A DNA stretch of 64,000 bases from Sporopachydermia quercuum (taxonomy: Eukaryota): assembly GCA_001599295.1 (NCBI GenBank), contig BCGN01000005.1, positions 248,001-312,000 of the forward strand, written 5' to 3'. The notes below the pieces were generated by a model. The model was not told the DNA's origin and searched no databases. It worked only from the letters and a program-made list of their open reading frames with translations. Both the position numbers and the translations under genes were made by a program. Positions 58,598 through 64,000 of this stretch are shown piece by piece. How positions within the stretch are numbered: position 1 is the first letter of the stretch; every line of letters begins with the position of its first letter.

Positions 58598-60070
58598 CCA
58601 AATTCTTCATATATTATATATTTACTTCAGATTCAGTTTACTTCGGTTTGTAGAGTGATTCACGAGGTATTTTTATTATTATTATTATATGGATGTTTAT
58701 TTGGACATTTTGGGGTTTTATAGGTTTTGTTCAGGTTTTTCTTCTTTTGTTTTATGACTAGATTTGGTGTTTTCTAGAAGTCATTTATTTTAATGGAATT
58801 TATGTTGAATTATTTACGCTAGTGTCATTTCGCGTTCTTATGCTTTTGCATAGTGAGACTCGTTTTATACCATTTATAGCGGAATGTTACTCTGATGTAT
58901 TTTATTTGCGTATGCATTGCCCACGACTGCTGCCAAATAAAAACTGGTAACTGCTCCTGCAGTATAGGCTGGGTTTGAGAAGCATTATCTGAAAGCATAC
59001 TAGTGATCAGAATGCCTGTAACTATGAGTCTAGATACACTTTGTCCCCGGCCTTCCACTCACTTCTTTTCCTAACTCAGTAAATGCATTCAGTATGATAA
59101 ATTATTGTACAATTATCACAATTGTTTGCTTCTCAATCACTTACATTTAAGTGTCTTCGTTTACTCATTATTGTCTAGTTTCTTCAACTCAGTCTTTAAA
59201 CAGCAGTGCTCAGGTATTGTAAATTTATATTGTCCCAGTACTGAATAGAAATCCCCCGAAGCTCTGCTCTGACAATTAGTATATTTTCTTTATTTTCAGC
59301 AATAAGCGCTGTTCCCAGTAATAGTCACAAAGAAGCCGAGCGGCAAACTAGTTACATGCACAAAGCTGCAATTTGATGTATATAACCACAAGTACAAAAC
59401 GTAATTGCGATAGCTTATGCATTGTTGCACAGACAGATGCTCTCTCCGCCAGTTGTTTTGTATTCTTCTCCATTGTTATCAATTGAAGTTAATAGAAGTT
59501 TTTTGTGATATAATCTACAAAGATTTCAACTAAATGGGTCACACGTGGAAATTAGAAGCATATTATTTATATTTATTGTATTAAAAGTTTAAGACCCAGA
59601 GCTGTTATAGATACCTCGGATATATTGTTAGTATCCGAAGAGACTTATTCGTGAGACTTCTGGTTGAGCCGTCAATCGAGTGACTAAGAAGAGTTGTTGA
59701 TTCATAAGAACCGGTTTATTTGGTAGGTGATGAAATAATTATTTGAGCATAATCTGGTATGGTGCGTGTTAAAATTAGTATTGCTGCTGTAATTAATACT
59801 GCTACTGCGTTTCCTATTCTATAGTTGTTGCTATTGTTGGGTTGCTATGATACTATAACTATTATAATGATATTAGGGTCATGAATTTGGCTTTAGCCTT
59901 ATAGGTATATTGTGTTAACATACTTATGTAGTACTGTCATACTACTTTCTAGCGGAGGTATCATATACCTTTCATCTTCAATATTCTATCGTACAGATTC
60001 TCTTAATTCTGTCAGTATATACCAGAGACCTAATTGATCAATATTGATCAGCTCCTCTACTGACAAGCCA

Positions 60071-62593
60071 TTATTCGAATAACTTCCTTCTATGCTTCTT
60101 TCTGCTAGGAGTACTATGAGTAAATATTTCATCTTCTGATGAAGAGAAAACCATTTGTTCTTTTTCTAAATGCTCATCAATGTCTTTAAATACGTCGTCG
60201 ATTACTTGCTTATCATAGATTAAACCTACCTCCGAGTTTCTTCTGGGACTGCTTCCGGTTTGAGAAATATGACCCGATTTTCTCCGAGTTCGAGCCGAGA
60301 CGGAATTCTGTAGAACGTCTATATATAAGTGCTTTGGCTTCCTGTTTTGGGGGGTCTTCAAATATTTTGGAGGTTTTGGTAGTCTAGGAGGCTTCCGTTT
60401 TTGCTTAGAGGACATCCTGATTGGGGATGAGTTTTTTGTTTTGCCGTTCAAGGAAATAGCTCTCAGCGATTCTGTGATTTCCGATGATTCCAAAGTTTGA
60501 TCCAGTTGATAATCGGATAAATCCTCTGGGGTTGAATCGGGTTTAAACAGATGTGAATCAAGTAAAGCACTGGTCTCATCATTGGAGTCAGAGTCCAAAG
60601 CTGAGTCAGATGTTTCAATAACCTCCGACTCGAACTCATCCTCGGATTCAAGTTCCAATTCCGGTTGTTGAAACAATGAGTGTCGGTATTCTTTTCCTAA
60701 TTGGAAACTACTTGACCTAGAAAGATTCCCTTCCGTCTCGGAATAAGAATGCATATTTCCAGTACTTGGCTTCCGGTTATACTTTCGGAACACATTTTTC
60801 ACTAAACCAGCAACCCGGACTCCAGTTTCCTGAATATCCGACTCGGTTAATCCGCTTTCAAACTCTGAATCTACTTCCATTTCCAGTACGATCGGTATTC
60901 CACTACCTATACAGTTAGCGTCAGCTTTCCTTTTACCCTGCTTCCGCAAACCATGCTTCTTTTGGGTTGCGCTCCTAGTGTTCCCTTGCTCTGGTTTTTG
61001 ATTTACCTTTCGACTGGATTTCTGAGGTTTTACATCACTGTCATCAGATCGGTCTATCCCTTGCTCCATGTCTCCTAATACATCCATGGACATATTCTCC
61101 ATTCCATTTCTCACCTGCACTAAACACAGCACATTGAATGACAAATCATCTATATCTATGTCCTCCCAAACTATGTTTTTAACCTGGACAGCACGTTTAA
61201 GGTCATCTNGATGATCTTCATAAGGAAATTGGAAGTGGCTTAGATAGTCAAACACAAGCTCCAATTCTATGTTCACATATTCAGTTGGAAATGAGCCCCC
61301 GAGATGAATGCACTGGAAGAACGCTTGTAAAGCTCGGCAAAAAAAGGTGAATAACTCATTGAGATCGGACAATGTTGGCTTTGAAGCAAGTAAAGTTTTT
61401 CTATTGTCAGTATAGATATGATGTGATTTATAAGNCTCTGTTTTCTGAGAAACTAGAGTTGCTGCTTCGGTTGTAGATTTAGTGAATGTACTTTCCGTAC
61501 AACCTGAATGAGTAAAATCTTTATCGCTAATTAATGTAGCAAACTTCTTGTTGGCTCTATAAATGGATACGTAACCTTTTAATGCCCACAGGATAGGGTC
61601 CTCACTGAAAGGATGAATTACTATATAATCCTCGATAAGCTTTTCTGTTTCTTCGATATTCCCATGTCTGAATTTGGACATTATTAACTGAGGCACGTAA
61701 TGGAAAGCATTGAATTTGCGAATTTTCATGTTTGTCCTCCGTGATTTTGGGTTTAGGAAATAGAATGACGGTGGAATAAAGCGAGCTGGTGCAGAATGAG
61801 ATACAATAAGGTATCTGAGTAGTTCTTCATCGTACAATAGACAAGCAGGAATGTCCTTTTCAGGGAAAGTGTGCAGAGCGTACTCACTTAAAAGTTTAGA
61901 AAATCCAGGAATTTCTTCTGTGGCATGATCTCGCATTTGCAACAAAATATCAAACCCTATTGGCCATAAGGCATTCGGATCAACCATTGTGGCAGTTCTA
62001 ATCAACATTCCGAATGCGCGGAAGGCTAAAGGGACGTCTTCTCGAAGTAAACTGAGATGTAGAATTTGGTTGATAATTAATAAATGACGTTCTGAATAAT
62101 TGACTGTGGATTTTGAGTTTTCCTTCAAACTTGATTTATCGTAATGTCGTGGTAATGTTTCGGTGCCTTTAATAACGTTCTGAAACCTTTCAGAAGTTCT
62201 GCCTCTGATTTTGGTGATTTTCTTGAGAAAATGTTCAAAATTAGGTTCAACTTCGGCATCTCTTCCTTTTTCTCTTTGATCATCATCCGAGTCATCTTCA
62301 TAATCGATTTCTGAACTATCGGAATCATTAATGTGCTTCTTGGTGTTCTGTTTCGTAGTCTTACTATCATTCTCATTGCTCTTCCTAATAGCAGATATTC
62401 CGGCATCAGCTTGAATTTTTCTCGTTATTGGTAAAATGGACTTCAATTTTAGTAGTCTTTGATATACAGGTAAGCCTTGACAGCCAAGCTTCTCTAGTTC
62501 TTCTATCTCCTGCTCTACTAAGTACCTATTCATATACCGCTGCAATGCTCTATCAGAAGCTTGGATCCTTCGTTTGTAAGGAATATCAAACAT
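60071..62593 (-). CDS. RRN11: RNA polymerase I core factor subunit Rrn11 with a long C-terminal extension
   Basis: MFDIP N-terminus and RHLLIINQILHLSLLREDVPLAFRAFGMLIR..LWPIGFDIL match the Rrn11 conserved block; PFSEDPILWAL further on. Confidence 0.75.
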   Translation of the reverse strand: MFDIPYKRRIQASDRALQRYMNRYLVEQEIEELEKLGCQGLPVYQRLLKLKSILPITRKIQADAGISAIRKSNENDSKTTKQNTKKHINDSDSSEIDYEDDSDDDQREKGRDAEVEPNFEHFLKKITKIRGRTSERFQNVIKGTETLPRHYDKSSLKENSKSTVNYSERHLLIINQILHLSLLREDVPLAFRAFGMLIRTATMVDPNALWPIGFDILLQMRDHATEEIPGFSKLLSEYALHTFPEKDIPACLLYDEELLRYLIVSHSAPARFIPPSFYFLNPKSRRTNMKIRKFNAFHYVPQLIMSKFRHGNIEETEKLIEDYIVIHPFSEDPILWALKGYVSIYRANKKFATLISDKDFTHSGCTESTFTKSTTEAATLVSQKTEXYKSHHIYTDNRKTLLASKPTLSDLNELFTFFCRALQAFFQCIHLGGSFPTEYVNIELELVFDYLSHFQFPYEDHXDDLKRAVQVKNIVWEDIDIDDLSFNVLCLVQVRNGMENMSMDVLGDMEQGIDRSDDSDVKPQKSSRKVNQKPEQGNTRSATQKKHGLRKQGKRKADANCIGSGIPIVLEMEVDSEFESGLTESDIQETGVRVAGLVKNVFRKYNRKPSTGNMHSYSETEGNLSRSSSFQLGKEYRHSLFQQPELELESEDEFESEVIETSDSALDSDSNDETSALLDSHLFKPDSTPEDLSDYQLDQTLESSEITESLRAISLNGKTKNSSPIRMSSKQKRKPPRLPKPPKYLKTPQNRKPKHLYIDVLQNSVSARTRRKSGHISQTGSSPRRNSEVGLIYDKQVIDDVFKDIDEHLEKEQMVFSSSEDEIFTHSTPSRKKHRRKLFE

Positions 62594-63383
62594 GATGAGA
62601 GAGTTCGAAAGAGGTTAACAAATACCAAGGAAAAATGAGTTGCCACAGATCTCTCTAACTAGTGTGAAGATAATAGTTGATAATAATGCTATAATGAAAA
62701 AATAATTCTGGTTATGGACTGTATGCTGTTTGATATATACGTGCTCAATACATCTGATGCTAACNCAGATATAAATGAGTTATGGGGGAAATATCAAATC
62801 GACAACATCAATGCGCTACTAATATGAACAGGTCTATTTTGTAATAATTCTTGTGTATCATAGAAGATTGACCTGCTTTCCTTATCCTTATCGCTAATAT
62901 ATTAATATATTAGTGTGGTATAAATGCCATGCGTTTATTATGGTATTTCACTGTATATAAGGATATTAGGTAATGTGAGGTTAGCAATTCTTATATGATA
63001 TCCGTTAGGTAGGTTGCCATTTTTGGATAGTAATATGTTAGACGAATACATACCCATTGTAAGCTCTGAAATTACAGAACTAGTTTAATCAGTCAGGTTG
63101 TAAAATTATGTGTCCTGAATGATAATGATAAACCCCGACAACTATTGTGTCCTGTGTTACGACGTATAATCACAATTACAATCTGGCACAGTCATAATCG
63201 TCCTGTGTTTGACTTGAAAGAAGAATTAAGCGTTGTCATAGACNTATTTTTATCAGATCCTTCTTTTTTTTCTTTCTTTTACCTTGTGCTTCTACATTCA
63301 TATTGTTACTAGCAGTATCAAATTTGCTGAGGATACGCTTTACGTAGAACTCGTGAAAAGGGATACATTATATACAGACAGTG

Positions 63384-64000
63384 ATGTCAGAAGCCGAAGA
63401 AAGTGGTAATGTGCCACCTCTAAGTGAGCCAACCACAAGCGCTACTGATACTAAATTTGGTGTCAATGAAATGACTGGAGTAGAAGAGCCAAAGCAAACA
63501 ATAGAAGAAAGAGCTCAACCAGAAGCTCAAGAGGAAGCAGCACATAGAGATGAAGGCCCTGCATCAACCACGGAGAAAGATCAAACTTCAGAGTCATCGC
63601 AGCCTAAAGCACCCGAATCAAGCACCACTGAACAATATACAGAAGCAAAACCGTTGACGGGAGCTGATTTGATTCCTGAAGTTGATGAGGATGAGGATGC
63701 TGACATGGCTGATGTTGACCAGCTACCAGCAACTGATATTGCTGAGGTGGCTGTAGATAAGAATGAAATTATGAACCTACAACAGGAAGATCGGAAAGAA
63801 GAAGCATCAACTGAATCACAGTCTGANGCCAAAGTTAAATCTGGAGCGTCTGAGACAGTGAAAATCGAACTTTCTAATGCAGAAGATAAGGAAAGTAGTG
63901 GATCTGATAAGAATCCAAATGGAGACTCTAATGGGGGTGTTGTTGATCCTTTGGCAAGATTATTTGGAAAGGAGAAGTCGTTGAAAGACTTATTGTTAAT
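63384..64000 (+). CDS. 5' part of a gene running off the window; probable TFIID/SAGA subunit Taf10
   Basis: Open frame from ATG 63384 to the window edge. An acidic low-complexity N-terminus ends in LFGKEKSLKDLLL(M), like the Taf10 KDKTL.E.L.MMD entry into the histone fold. The fold itself lies outside the window. Confidence 0.55.
   Translation, partial: MSEAEESGNVPPLSEPTTSATDTKFGVNEMTGVEEPKQTIEERAQPEAQEEAAHRDEGPASTTEKDQTSESSQPKAPESSTTEQYTEAKPLTGADLIPEVDEDEDADMADVDQLPATDIAEVAVDKNEIMNLQQEDRKEEASTESQSXAKVKSGASETVKIELSNAEDKESSGSDKNPNGDSNGGVVDPLARLFGKEKSLKDLLL

Overview
Gene-dense, AT-rich nuclear DNA from an intron-rich budding yeast (Saccharomycotina-like). CUG falls at conserved Leu positions, so the standard code fits. 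The window holds 20 complete and 2 edge-truncated protein-coding genes, mostly housekeeping: PFS2, PFK27-like, SPC72/Mto1-like, POP3, HMI1-like helicase, VPS52, RFC4, TRM10, YPQ1-like, two aldo-keto reductases, MSH2, TRP1, IPP1, RAD2, one unknown gene, GPI16, HSH155/SF3B1, APL6, HRD1-like, RRN11, a probable TAF10 5' end and an unknown 3' end. I reconstructed 15 spliceosomal introns by hand from donor, branch and acceptor signals plus frame continuity; several join ORFs that the ORF track splits. I found no supportable tRNA, rRNA, transposon or CRISPR. The most unusual signals are: (1) regional CCG/CGG-rich patches at ~35-61 kb that ignore strand, frame and gene boundaries; (2) a ~245-nt multibranch RNA-like structure in an ORF-free convergent intergenic region at ~58.35-58.6 kb; (3) a structured island with an orphan intron signature at ~46.5-46.9 kb; (4) U1-like anti-donor sequences inside the POP3 intron; (5) a weak-donor intron that could swap the C-terminus of the SPC72-like protein. 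Scattered single Ns look like collapsed heterozygous sites. All gene names come from recognising motifs by eye; no searches were run.
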